From: an uncultured Chloroflexia bacterium | Lineage (GTDB): Bacteria; Chloroflexota; Limnocylindria; Limnocylindrales; CSP1-4 | Direction of reading: 5' to 3' | Assembly (NCBI GenBank): GCA_963721545.1 | Contig: CAVRKB010000012.1 | Span: 31,409-95,408, forward strand | DNA: 64,000 nucleotides | In this document: piece by piece, positions 19,112 to 29,041 of the stretch | Numbering within the stretch: the stretch's first letter is position 1 | Layout: every line of letters starts with the position of its first letter | Made by a program: the position numbers and the translations under genes | The notes under the pieces: generated by a model | Told to the model about the DNA's origin: nothing | Databases searched by the model: none | The model's input: only the letters and a program-made list of their open reading frames with translations

Positions 19112-19791
19112 CCGATCAGCCGTGGCCCGCAACGTCGTTCCGCATGCGTCGCCGGGACCGCTGACCGCGCCGGCGATCCGGGCGCTCCGCGGCACGCCAA
19201 CGGACGGGCTGTCGCGCCGCACGCTCCTCCGTCGCGGGCTCGCAGCCGGTGCCGGGGTGCTGGCCATCGAATGGCTGGCTGGAACGGTCGGGTTCGCCTG
19301 GTCCGCGGTCGCCAAAGCCACGCCGGTCGTTCGGGTCGGGACCTTCGAGGATCTCCTTGCGGCAAACCCCGGCCTGCCGATCCGCGAGGGCTTCCCGGCG
19401 TATGTCCCCATCGGCCCGCGCCTTCGTCATGGTGCTCGATCCCCGTCGTGGCGGATGGCAGCCGGGCACCGACCCGACCGGAGACGGCACGGCGCTCAAC
19501 GTCCGCGCGCTGTCGCAGGTCTGTCCGCATCTCGGCTGCCGGCCGAACCCGTGCATCGAGGATTACTGGTTCCACTGCCCGTGCCATCAGTCGCGCTACG
19601 ATCGGCGCGGGATCAAGGCAGCCGGCGAACGCTACGGGCCGGCGCAGCGCGGGATGGATCGATACGCCATCGAGGTCGATGCCCGTGGCGTCCTGACGAT
19701 CGACACCGGCCGCGTGGCTCTCGGGCCGTTGCCGGTCGCCCTCGGCCAGCCCGGCATCATCCCGCCCCGCGTCGAGAACGGCTGCACATGA
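19104..19791 (+). CDS. Rieske [2Fe-2S] domain protein with Tat signal (one apparent frameshift)
   Basis: SRRTLLRRGLAAGAGVLA twin-arginine signal. The C-terminal half CPHLGC...CPCHQSRYD Rieske box is in a second frame; the shift is near 19420. Confidence 0.65.
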
Positions 19792-20466
19792 GATCGGGGC
19801 TCGTCCGCCTCTACCCGGGGCCGTGGCGCGCGCGGTACGGCGAGGAGATGCGCGCGCTGCTCGGCAGTGCGCCGGGCCGTCGGCGCGACGTGCTCGACCT
19901 GCTCCGCGGGGCGCTCGACGCCTGGCTGCACCCGGCGGCGCCGTCGCGAGTGCCGGCGATCGCGGCGCTCGTCGGTGGCGGCCTGTGGACGATCGCCGCC
20001 GCGGGCGTCATCAGCCAGCCCGTCCCGCCGGACTGGCCGGGCTACCTGGCTGAGATCGTGCTTGTGGCGCTTGGCCGCGGCCTCCCTGCTGCTCGTTGCG
20101 ACGCTCGGCTGCGCGCTCCGGGCCGGCGACACCGGCGGCCGCTCGATGCGGGTCGGATCGGCGCTCACGGCCGTCGGGTTCGTCGCCTGGATGGCCGCGC
20201 TGGCGGTCGCGGCCGCCGGCCAGACCGACGGCGCCACGCTGGCCGCGGCGCAGACCCTGGCGATGATCGGCGCCACGCTCGTCGGGGTCGTCCTCGTGCG
20301 CGAGGGCGACTGGCCGATCGGCGTGCTCGTGGTCATCGGATCGGTGGCGATGCTCGTGCCATGGACCGCCGCCTGGCTCGTGTTCGGCGGCGCGTGGACC
20401 GCCATCGGGGTCCTGCTCGTCGTGACGTGGAGCCACGGCCGGACGATCGGCGGTCTGCCGGCCTGA
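19788..20466 (+). CDS. PadR-associated membrane protein, paralogue (one apparent frameshift)
   Basis: MRSGLVRLYPGPWRARYGEEMRALLGS parallels the 18359 protein. The TM part continues in the +1 frame after about 20065. Confidence 0.55.
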
Positions 20467-20503
20467 CGCAGCGGGGCGGCGAGTGGCCAGCGTTCGGGAG
20501 CTC

Positions 20504-21921
20504 GCTGGCTCAGCCGCCCGCGGATCCTCCGCCGAGACCCGGTTCGGTCATCGATGCCGGATCGAGCAGCCGGTCGAGCTCGCTCGGCGTCGAGGCCGCG
20601 CTCCAGCGCCAGCTCGCGGATCGTGCGACCGGAGGCATGGGCCTGCTTCGCCAGCTTGGCCGCCTCGTCGTAGCCGATGACCGGGGCGAGCGCCGTCGCC
20701 AGCATCAGGCCCTGCTCGACGAGCTGCGGCCCGCGCTCGGTGGCGGTCAGGCCCTCGATGCAGCGTTCGCTGAAGTTGGCGGTCGCGGCCGCCAGGAGCT
20801 CGATCGACTCGAGCAGCGCCGCCGCGCTGACCGGGAGCATGACGTTGAGCTCGAGGAAGCTGCCGGTCTGCCCGAAGGCGATCGTCGCGTCGTTGCCGAC
20901 GACCCGGGCGACGACCATCGTCAGGCTCTCGACGATGACCGGGTTCACCTTGCCGGGCATGATGCTCGAGCCTGGCTGCGTCTCCGGGAGGGCCAGCTCG
21001 GCAAGCCCGGCGCGCGGGCCCATCCCCATCAGCCGCACGTCCGAGGCGATCTTCCACAGGCTCAGGGCGATCGTCCGGATCGCGCCGTGGGCCGCGATCG
21101 CGACGTCGAGCGTGGCCTGCGCGTGGAAGTGGTTGGGGGTCTCGCGCACGGTCAGCCCGGTCAGGGTGGACAGCCGGGCGCAGGCCCGGAAGGCGTACTC
21201 GGGATGGGCGTTGATGCCGGTCCCGACGGCCGTCCCGCCGAGCGGCACGGCCAGCAGCTCGGCCTGCGCGGCACGGGCGCGGCGGAGCGATTCCTCGACC
21301 TGCCCGGCGTAGCCCCGGAACTCCTGGCCGAGGCGGATCGGGGTGGCGTCCTGGAGGTGGGTCCGGCCGGTCTTGACGACCGGCCAGAACGCCTGCTCCT
21401 TGGCGACGAGCGCGGTATGGAGTCGCTCGAGGGCGGGCAGCAGGTCGGTTTCGATGGCCATCGCGGCGGACAGCTGCAGCGCGGTCGGGATCGTGTCGTT
21501 CGAGCTCTGGCAGCGGTTGACGTCGTCGTTCGGGTGGACCCGCCGGCCAGCGAGCCGCGCGCCGGCGAGGTTGGCGACGACCTCGTTCATGTTGGTGTTC
21601 GTCGAGGTGCCCGAGCCGGTCTGGTAGACGTCGATCGGGAACTGGTCGTCGTACCCGCCGTCGGCGACCTCCCGCGCCGCGGCCGGCGATCGCCGCGGCG
21701 ACGTCCGCGTCGAGCAGCCCCAGCTCGCCGTTTGCCTCCGCGGCGGCCAGCTTGACCAGCGCCAGCGCGTGGAGGAAGCGAGGCGGCAGGCCACGGCCGG
21801 AGATCGGGAAGTTGAGCACCGCCCGCTGGGTCGAGGCGCCGTACAACGCGCCGGCGGGGACGGCCATCTCGCCCATCGAGTCGCGCTCGATGCGGGTGGC
21901 CGGCGCGGGCGTGTCGGGCAT
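20504..21921 (-). CDS. aspA: aspartate ammonia-lyase / class-II fumarase family protein, likely aspartase (two or three apparent frameshifts)
   Basis: Three frame segments: the N-terminal [15 protein letters not shown]...STQRA, then the core [22 protein letters not shown]...[12 protein letters not shown], then the C-terminal [15 protein letters not shown]. An extra C lies at about 20580 and an extra G at about 21695. TACAAT 6 nt upstream of ATG 21921. Confidence 0.7.
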
Positions 21922-21968
21922 GCTGCGATTGTAGGCGCGCCGGGCATGCGGCTCGGCGGCGGGTCGTC

Positions 21969-23260
21969 CTAGTCGAGCCGGAGACGCCACACCGTCGTGT
22001 CGCCCATCGGCTGCCCCGACGATCCGGCCAAGGGCCACGGCGTCCGCCGCCGTTCCGGCCAGCCCGGGGACCTCGGCGGCCAAATCGCCGTCCGGCAGGC
22101 GGCTCCAGCTCGACCCGTCGGTGGTGACCCACGTGCGCGACATGCTGTCGTTCCCGTCGTAGCGCGCCCCGACCGCGACCACGCCGCCGGGTGTGAGGGT
22201 GAGCCGGAAGAAGCCGTAGCCCGCGCCGTTCCGGAGTCGCATCGTCGACCAGGACCGGCCGTCCGTGCTCAGCCAGCCCGTCGCGAACGCTGCTGCCATC
22301 CGCGTCGTACGTCCCCCCAATGGCGAGGACGCCGGACGTCGTCGGGACGACGGCATTGGACGGCGGCCCCGGCGAGCGACGGTTGCTTCGGAACGCGTGC
22401 TCCACGCCGATGCCGTCGGTGGAGGCCCACAGGGCCGCCCGCTCCGGCGGACCGCAGACGTCGTCGCAGTCGCGTGCCCCAGGCGATCAGGCCTCCGGCT
22501 GAAGGTCGTAACGCCCCGGATCGGTCCCGACATCAGGCTTCGAGGCGGTGCGGGTCCAGGTGACCCCGTCGGATGACGACCACGTGTCGAACCCGAAGAA
22601 ATGCGACGGCCCGGCGTGGACGCCCACCGCGATCCAGCCTCCGCCGGGTCGCGCCACGACGTCGACCAGCGCCCGGCTCTCGAGGCTGGCCTGGTCCGGC
22701 GCTCGACGCCACGTCCGACCGTCCGCCGAGATGAAGGCGGCGCCGTCGAGCTGCTCCCCGTCGCCCGGAATGCGGCGTCGCGCCCGACGGCGGCGTACCC
22801 GTCGGGGCCGCTCGCGACCGCGATCAGCTCGACGCGCGCCGTGTCGCCGTCCAGGTGTGCGCGTGGTCCACTCGCCGCCGTCCGACACGCGGATGGCGGC
22901 ACGAGTCGCAGTCGTCGGTCACCCGTCGGCACCCTGCAGCCAACCGCGATCAGCGTGCCCGAGCGCGGCCAGCTGCATCTCGAGACCTCGAACTCGGGCA
23001 GGGTCGTGTCGAGCGACCCAGGGTCCCGCGGGTCGTAGCGGCGCTTGGCAGGGCCGAGGGCGTCGCGCGACGCGGTCGGCGATGGCCACCGGCGACGGGC
23101 GTGGTTGGCGGGGTCGATGGCGACGCCGGGGTGGACGACGCCGTGGATCGGGGTCGGCGTCGGCGCCTGGGTCGCGACCGGGGTCGCCGAGCACGCGGCC
23201 ACGATCAGGCATAGCGCCTGGGCACCGGGTGCAGGAACCGTATCGACGCGGCACGCCTCG
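21969..23260 (-). CDS. lipoprotein with BNR/Asp-box-like repeats (S-x-DG-x-xW), heavily frameshifted
   Basis: Lipobox LCLIVAAC near 23200. At least six x-DG-x-xW-xR repeats ([36 protein letters not shown] and others) are scattered over three frames. Boundaries are approximate. Confidence 0.35.
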
Positions 23261-23361
23261 CCGGCTCGTTCATCGACGCTGAGACGGGTTGAGTGCCGGC
23301 TCCTGTTACGTCGCGCACGACGGCCGATCCAAGGGCGGGCGGCTTGGCCTAGACTCCCACG

Positions 23362-23903
23362 ATGACACCTGTCCGCGACGATCCCGTCCGACACCTTCCG
23401 CCGGGTGATGGGCCATTTCGTGACCGGCGTGACGGTCGTGACCGCGCTCGACGGCGAGCAGCCCTTCGGCATCACCGTCAACGCCCTGAGCTCGGTGTCG
23501 CTCGATCCGCCGCTGGTCATGGTCGCGCTCGATCGGCGCCGCTTCCTGACCCCGATCGTGCGTGCCGCGGGCGCTATGCCGTCAACGTCCTGTCCGAAGA
23601 CCAGCAGGCGCTGTCCGACTGCTTCGCGGGCGCGCCGGTCGAGCCGGGCCGGCAGCGCTTCTGCGGCGCCGAGTGGCACGCCGGAGAGACGCGGGCTGCC
23701 GCTCATCGACGGGGCGATCGCGACGCTCGAGTGCACGGTCGTCGAGACGTTCTCGGCCGGTGACCACGACCTGTTCATCGGGCGGGTGGACGTCCTGGCC
23801 AATGACCCCGAGCACGCCATGCCGCTGCTCTACTACCGCCGGCGCTACCTGCGCATCGAGCGCGCGCGCGACGGCCGAGGTCGAGGGCAAGCCGGAACGC
23901 TAG
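23362..23903 (+). CDS. flavin reductase (HpaC/NADH:FMN oxidoreductase-like), two apparent frameshifts
   Basis: [45 protein letters not shown], then [13 protein letters not shown]...F, then [30 protein letters not shown], across two frames. TAGACT 6 nt upstream of the ATG. Confidence 0.65.
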
Positions 23904-23913
23904 GATCGGTCCG

Positions 23914-24653
23914 ATGGCCGATCCCCGCTCCCCGTCGCTCGACGCCGGCCCGCCGGCCACGGCCCGCTTCATCGCCACCGCCGACGCCGGCGCCGTGACC
24001 GGCTCGGTCGTCGTGGTCGACGTGCTCCGGGCGTTCTCCACGGCGGCCTATGCGTTCGCCGCCGGCGCCCGGCATGTCTACCTGGTCGGCACCGTGGCCG
24101 AGGCGCTCGCGTTCAAGGCCGCGAACCCCGGCACGCTCGCGATGGGCGAGGAGCACGGCCGCCGACCCGACGGCTTCGACTTCGCCAATTCGCCGGCCCA
24201 GGTCGCACGCCGCCGACCTGCGCGACCGGGTGATCGTCCAGCGCACGTCGTCGGGGACCCAGGGTGTGATCGCCGCGGTCGGCGCGACCCGGCTGTGGTG
24301 CGCCGGGCTGGTGACGGCCTCGGCCACGGCAGCGGCGGTCCACTCGGCCGGGCTGGGCGCCCCGACCTACGTCATCACCGGCTGGTCGAGCAATGCGCCG
24401 GGCTCGGGCGAGGATGACCTGGCGACGGCCGAGCTGATCGAGCGGGCGCGGCTCGGCCAGCCGCTCCGGGCCGCGGCCACGGCCGAGCTGGTCGCCACGT
24501 CGCGAGGAAGCGGCCCGCACGCTGGTGATCGGCGCCGGCCACGTCGATCCCGCCGACGTCGAGCTGGCCGTCGCGGTCGACGCCTTCGACTTCGCGATGG
24601 AGGTGACCCGAAGCGCGAACGGCCTCCGGCTCGACCGCGTCGCGCCGGGGTAG
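23914..24653 (+). CDS. 2-phosphosulfolactate phosphatase (ComB) family protein, two apparent frameshifts
   Basis: VVVDVLRAFSTAAYAFAAGARHVYLV...ANSPAQV, RVIVQRTSSGTQGV...VITGWSSNAPGSGEDDLATAELIE and the tail FDFAMEVTRSANGLRLDRVAPG are in three frames. Confidence 0.6.
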
Positions 24654-24663
24654 CATCGGGCCG

Positions 24664-25464
24664 ATGCCGACGATCCTCGCCAACGGCCTCGAGATCGGCT
24701 ACGACGTGCTCGGTGCCGGGCCGCCGCTGGTCATGCTCCATGGCGCGGCCACGTCCGGCTCCGAGACGTTCGACCGGCAGGTGCCGGCGCTGTCGACCGG
24801 GTTCCGCGTCCATCTCCCCGATGCGCGCGGCCACGGCCGGACGCGCTGGGACGTGGCGGACGGGTTCCGCGCGTCGTGGCTGGTCGACGACGTGCTGGCG
24901 TTCGTCGACGGCCTCGGCCTCTCGACGTTCCACCTCGTCGGCTACTCGATGGGCGCCATGACCGCCCTCGAGCTCGCGACGCGGGCACCCGAGCGGCTGC
25001 GCACGCTGGTCGTCGTCGGGATCACGACCGAGCGCGAGCCGCGCGCGAAGGTGGCCGCCCGCCTCCTCGATCCGGAGCGCGTCCTGCGCGACGACCCGGC
25101 GTGGGCGGCCGCGCTCGCTCGCACGCACGATCCCGTGCAGGGCGCCGGCGCCTGGGCGCCGCTCCTGCGGGCGATCGCCGCCGACGTCGCCGACCAGCCG
25201 CTCCTGACGCCGGCCGAGCTGCGCGCGATCGACGCACCGACGCTCGTCGCGTGTGGCGATCGCGATCCGCTGGTCCCGGTCGCCCAGGCTGCGGCGCTCG
25301 CCCGCCAGGTCCGCGATGGCCGGCTGCTGGTGGCGCCCGATGCCGGCCACGACGTCATCCACGAAAGGGCCGACCTCGTCAACGAGGCGCTCCTGGGCTT
25401 CTATCGTTCGACCGCGTCGATCGCCAGCGCGCGAGCCGACGCACCAGTGGAGGTGCCTCGATGA
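24664..25464 (+). CDS. alpha/beta-fold hydrolase
   Basis: HG oxyanion motif PPLVMLHGAATSG, nucleophile elbow GYSMGA, C-terminal DAGHDV. Confidence 0.8.
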   Translation: MPTILANGLEIGYDVLGAGPPLVMLHGAATSGSETFDRQVPALSTGFRVHLPDARGHGRTRWDVADGFRASWLVDDVLAFVDGLGLSTFHLVGYSMGAMTALELATRAPERLRTLVVVGITTEREPRAKVAARLLDPERVLRDDPAWAAALARTHDPVQGAGAWAPLLRAIAADVADQPLLTPAELRAIDAPTLVACGDRDPLVPVAQAAALARQVRDGRLLVAPDAGHDVIHERADLVNEALLGFYRSTASIASARADAPVEVPR

Positions 25465-25847
25465 CGACCCTGCTCGCGCTCTACCGCCGGCCGGAAGGCG
25501 GCGACGAGGCCCAGGCAACGTTCGAGCGGCGCTACGCCGACGAGCACCTGCCGCTCGTCGCGGCGACCCCGGGCCTGCGCGGCGTCCGCGTCCGGCGGGT
25601 GACGCAGCCGCTCATGGGCGATCGCGAGGTCATCCTGGTCACGACCATGGAGTTCGACGACCGCGCGGCGCTCGACGCCGGCCTCGCCTCGGACGAGATG
25701 CGGGCCGCGGGCCGGAACCTGCGCGACATCGCGCCGGGGCTGGCCACGCTGCTCGTGCTCGAGGACGAGCCGGACATGCTTGACTCGGACGCCGTCGCTT
25801 CCCCCGCCGTGGATACTGTCGGGACGACAGTCGAGGAGCGCCCGTGA
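25461..25847 (+). CDS. EthD-domain protein
   Basis: MTTLLALYRRPEGG...FERRYADEHLPLVAATPGLRGVRV resembles the EthD/stress-responsive family. ATGA overlaps on both sides. Confidence 0.6.
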   Translation: MTTLLALYRRPEGGDEAQATFERRYADEHLPLVAATPGLRGVRVRRVTQPLMGDREVILVTTMEFDDRAALDAGLASDEMRAAGRNLRDIAPGLATLLVLEDEPDMLDSDAVASPAVDTVGTTVEERP

Positions 25848-26708
25848 CCGACCCCGCGCCATCGAGCGACCCGGCGGCGATCGCGCAGCCAGCAGCGGCC
25901 GAGCACGTCCGCGTCGACTTCCCGTCGCCCGCGCCGGCGGCCCTCGCGCCCGCGGCCACGCTGCCGAACGTCGCCCTGGTGACGCTCGACCGGCCCGCTG
26001 CGCTCAACGCGCTCAGCTTCGACCTGCTCGACCAGCTCGCCTCGGCGCTCGAGGCGCTCGACCGCGATCCGGCCTGCCGGGCGATCGTCATCACCGGGTC
26101 CGGCGACCGGGCGTTCGCGGCCGGCGCCGACATCCGCGAGCTCGCGCCGCAGAGCGCGGCATCGCTGGCATCGGGCGGCGGGTTCCGTGCCTGGGACCGG
26201 CTGGCGGCGATCGGCCTGCCGCTCATCGCCGCGGTCCGCGGCTTCGCGCTCGGCGGCGGCTGCGAGCTGGCGATGACCTGCGACATGATCGTGGCCGCCG
26301 AGGACGCCACGTTCGGCCAGCCCGAGATCCGGATCGGGGTCATGCCGGGGGCGGGCGGGACGCAGCGGCTGACCCGGGCGATCGGCAAGGCCCGGGCCAT
26401 GGAGCTGATCCTGACCGGCCGGACGATGAGCGCGCGACGAGGCGCAGGCCGCCGGGCTGGTCACGAGCGTGGTCCCGGCCGCCGCGACCGTGGACGCCGC
26501 GCTGGAGCTGGGCGCCCGGATCGCGGCCATGCCGCCGCTCGCCGTTCGTGCCGCCAAGGCGGCCATCCTCGACGCCGCGGAGCGCCCGCTCGGCGAGGGG
26601 CTGGCGCGCGAGCGCGACGCTTTCTTCGGACTCTTCGATACCCAGGACCAGGCCGAGGGGATGGCCGCCTTCACCGACAAACGCCCGCCCGTCTGGTCGG
26701 GACGCTGA
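25844..26708 (+). CDS. enoyl-CoA hydratase/isomerase (crotonase; PaaF-like), one apparent frameshift
   Basis: VITGSGDRAFAAGADI, AAVRGFALGGGCELAMTCD, then GLVTSVVP...FTDKRPPVW in the +1 frame after about 26430. Confidence 0.7.
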
Positions 26709-26733
26709 CCGCGAGCGAGCAAGGAGGACGGCG

Positions 26734-27537
26734 ATGGAGCAGGACACCAACGGCGGCACCGACGTCGGACGCGACTATGGGCGCGAGCTCGGCGACGAGC
26801 CGCCGGCGTCCATTCGCGACAGCGCGCCCGATTACCTCGCGCCGATCGACGAGTCGTCGCCGGTCAGCGGCCACCAGCCGGTCCCCGAATCGACGACCTC
26901 GCCGGTCGAATCGCCCGAGCAGGACTGGTCGATCGCCCAAGGCCTGCTCTATCCGGCGTTCCGGCCGGTCGGGACGCAGGGCCTGATGCTCGACACGATC
27001 GACCGCGAGAGCCTGGCCGCGCACGGCACGATGAGCCACGCCCAGCCGCTCATCGACGTGGGGCCGGCCGAGCTGCCGGTCGTCTACACGATCGACGCCG
27101 GGGCGTACGACATCATCGTCAACGGCGACCACCTGCTGTCCTGGGGCGTCGAGCCCTCGGCGATCCAGGACGCGGCGTTGCGCAACCTGGCGGCCTGGTC
27201 GGCGACCGCGCCGTGGACCGACGAGGTGAGCGGCGAGCGCCGGTTGATCAGCTCGGACACCGGCAACGGCTGGGATGCGGCGCGCATCCTGCTGCCCGAG
27301 GTCATCGCCCACCTGACCGCGGAGCTCGGCCCGGTCGGGCGGATCCTGATCGGGCTGCCCGAGCGCCACCTGATGACCGCCGGCTCGCTGCGCCCGGGCG
27401 ACGAGGACTTCGCGACGCTGTTCAGCGAGTTCATCGTCGAGCAATCGGGCGGCTCGGACGAGCCGATCGACCGTCGCGTGTTCGAGCTGGTGGACGGCCG
27501 GCTGGTCGAGTTCGCGGGGGTCCACCCGGTCGCCTGA
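26734..27537 (+). CDS. hypothetical protein
   Basis: Intact 267-aa ORF between two crotonase genes, acidic and Pro-rich at the N-terminus. No recognised domain. Confidence 0.5.
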   Translation: MEQDTNGGTDVGRDYGRELGDEPPASIRDSAPDYLAPIDESSPVSGHQPVPESTTSPVESPEQDWSIAQGLLYPAFRPVGTQGLMLDTIDRESLAAHGTMSHAQPLIDVGPAELPVVYTIDAGAYDIIVNGDHLLSWGVEPSAIQDAALRNLAAWSATAPWTDEVSGERRLISSDTGNGWDAARILLPEVIAHLTAELGPVGRILIGLPERHLMTAGSLRPGDEDFATLFSEFIVEQSGGSDEPIDRRVFELVDGRLVEFAGVHPVA

Positions 27538-28424
27538 TGCCGTCCGAACCCGGGCCTGACGGGGCCGCGCCCCTGCGGGTCGAGATCGCCGACGCGATCG
27601 CGACGATCACGCTCGACCGACCCGATGCCCTCAACGCGCTGACGATCCCGCTCAAGACCGCCCTGCTTGCCGCGTTCCGTTCGATCGGCCGCGACCGGTC
27701 GGTCCGCGCGGTCGTGCTGACCGGCGCCGGCCGGGCGTTCTGCGCCGGCCAGGACCTCAAGGAGCGGCTCGAGCCCGACGCCGTCCCGTTGGCCGTCGAG
27801 CTGCGCGAACGCTACAACCCGATCATCGCCGCGATGCGCGCGCTCGATCAGCCCATCGTCGGGGCGATCAACGGCGTGGCCGCCGGGGCCGGTGCCTCGC
27901 TCGCGTTCGCCTGCGACGTGCGGGTGGCGGCCGAGGGAGCCAGCTTCGTGCTCGCCTTCGGGCGGATCGGCCTCGTCCCCGACAGCGGCTCGACCTGGTT
28001 CCTGCCGCGGCTGGTCGGCCCGGCCAAGGCGGCCGAGCTGGCGCTGACCGGCGCGACGCTGTCGGCCGCCGACGCCGAGCGGTTCGGGCTGGTCGTGCGG
28101 GTCGTGCCGGCGGCCGAGCTCGCCGACGCCGCCCGATCGGTCGCCGCGGGCATGGCCGCGCTCGCCCCGATCGCGCTGGCCCAGACCAAGCGGGCGCTCG
28201 AGCGCGCGTGGTCGCTCGACCTCGATGCGGCGCTCGAGGAGGAGGCGTACCGGCAGGGGATCGCCGGCGCGACCGCCGATCACGCCGAGGGGATTGCCGC
28301 CTTCGTCGAGAAGCGGCCGCCGCGCTTCCGCGGGGATCCTGAAGCGCTCGCTCCGCGCCTCTTGCGGAGCCTTGACGGCGGTCTTTTCGCGCCGTACCCT
28401 GCCACCCTAACGATCGTTAGTTAG
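27537..28424 (+). CDS. paaG: enoyl-CoA hydratase/isomerase, probable PaaG (1,2-epoxyphenylacetyl-CoA isomerase)
   Basis: Crotonase fold: VLTGAGRAFCAGQDL, GAINGVAAGAGASLAFACD. It lies immediately upstream of paaR-paaABCD, and its last codons overlap the PaaR operator. Confidence 0.7.
   Translation: MPSEPGPDGAAPLRVEIADAIATITLDRPDALNALTIPLKTALLAAFRSIGRDRSVRAVVLTGAGRAFCAGQDLKERLEPDAVPLAVELRERYNPIIAAMRALDQPIVGAINGVAAGAGASLAFACDVRVAAEGASFVLAFGRIGLVPDSGSTWFLPRLVGPAKAAELALTGATLSAADAERFGLVVRVVPAAELADAARSVAAGMAALAPIALAQTKRALERAWSLDLDAALEEEAYRQGIAGATADHAEGIAAFVEKRPPRFRGDPEALAPRLLRSLDGGLFAPYPATLTIVS
28407..28420. promoter_or_regulatory. PaaR operator, perfect palindrome CTAACGATCGTTAG
   Basis: Perfect 14-bp inverted repeat 19 nt upstream of the paaR GTG. 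It fits the CNAACGNNCGTTNG consensus reported (from memory) for the Thermus TetR-type PaaR. Confidence 0.6.
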
Positions 28425-28438
28425 GAGACGCTGCAGCG

Positions 28439-29041
28439 GTGGTGGAGACCAACCGGCGTCGCGAGATCGAGGACGCCGCCAGCTCGCTCTTTCGTGAACG
28501 TGGCTATTCGGGCACGAGCGTCCGTGACATCGCGCGCGCTGTCGACATCCAGGGCGCCAGCCTGTACGCCCACGTCGCCTCGAAGCAGGACGTCCTGTGG
28601 GCGATCGTGGAGCGGATGGCCGCCCGGTTCGAGGCCGCAGCCGACGGCGTGGAGGCGACCGACCCGGGCGCCCTCGTGTTCGGCCCTGGCGTCCACCTCA
28701 TCTCGCTCGTCCGCGCCCACGTCGGCGTCCTGACCGACGACATCGAGCGGGCCAGCGTGTTCGTCCACGAATGGCGTGCCCTCGATCCCGGTCGCCGTGC
28801 CGAGATGGCACGTCGGCGCGACGCCTACGAGGCCCGATTCCGCGCCGCGATCGCCGACGGCGTCGGCACCGGCGCGTTCGCCCCGGTGGATCCGGCGCTG
28901 ACCGCGACGTACATCCTGACCGCGCTCAACGGCCTCGTGGGCTGGTACCAGCCGGATGGCCGGCTGTCGGCGCGGACGATCGCCGACGCCTTTGCCGACC
29001 TGTCGGTCCGCGCCGTCCAGATGCCGGGAGGCAGGCCATGA
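28439..29041 (+). CDS. paaR: TetR-family repressor of phenylacetate catabolism
   Basis: N-terminal TetR HTH: AASSLFRERGYSGTSVRDIARAVDIQGASLYAHV. Located directly upstream of paaA and downstream of the operator. Confidence 0.8.
   Translation: MVETNRRREIEDAASSLFRERGYSGTSVRDIARAVDIQGASLYAHVASKQDVLWAIVERMAARFEAAADGVEATDPGALVFGPGVHLISLVRAHVGVLTDDIERASVFVHEWRALDPGRRAEMARRRDAYEARFRAAIADGVGTGAFAPVDPALTATYILTALNGLVGWYQPDGRLSARTIADAFADLSVRAVQMPGGRP

Noticed and set aside
19104-23820. Overlapping giant ORFs (19104..21755 +, 19632..21947 -, 20548..23820 -)
   Set aside because: Mixtures of genuine segments (Rieske N-terminus, aspA core, BNR lipoprotein) with long antisense or off-frame read-through. Protein-family signal exists only in the sub-segments annotated.
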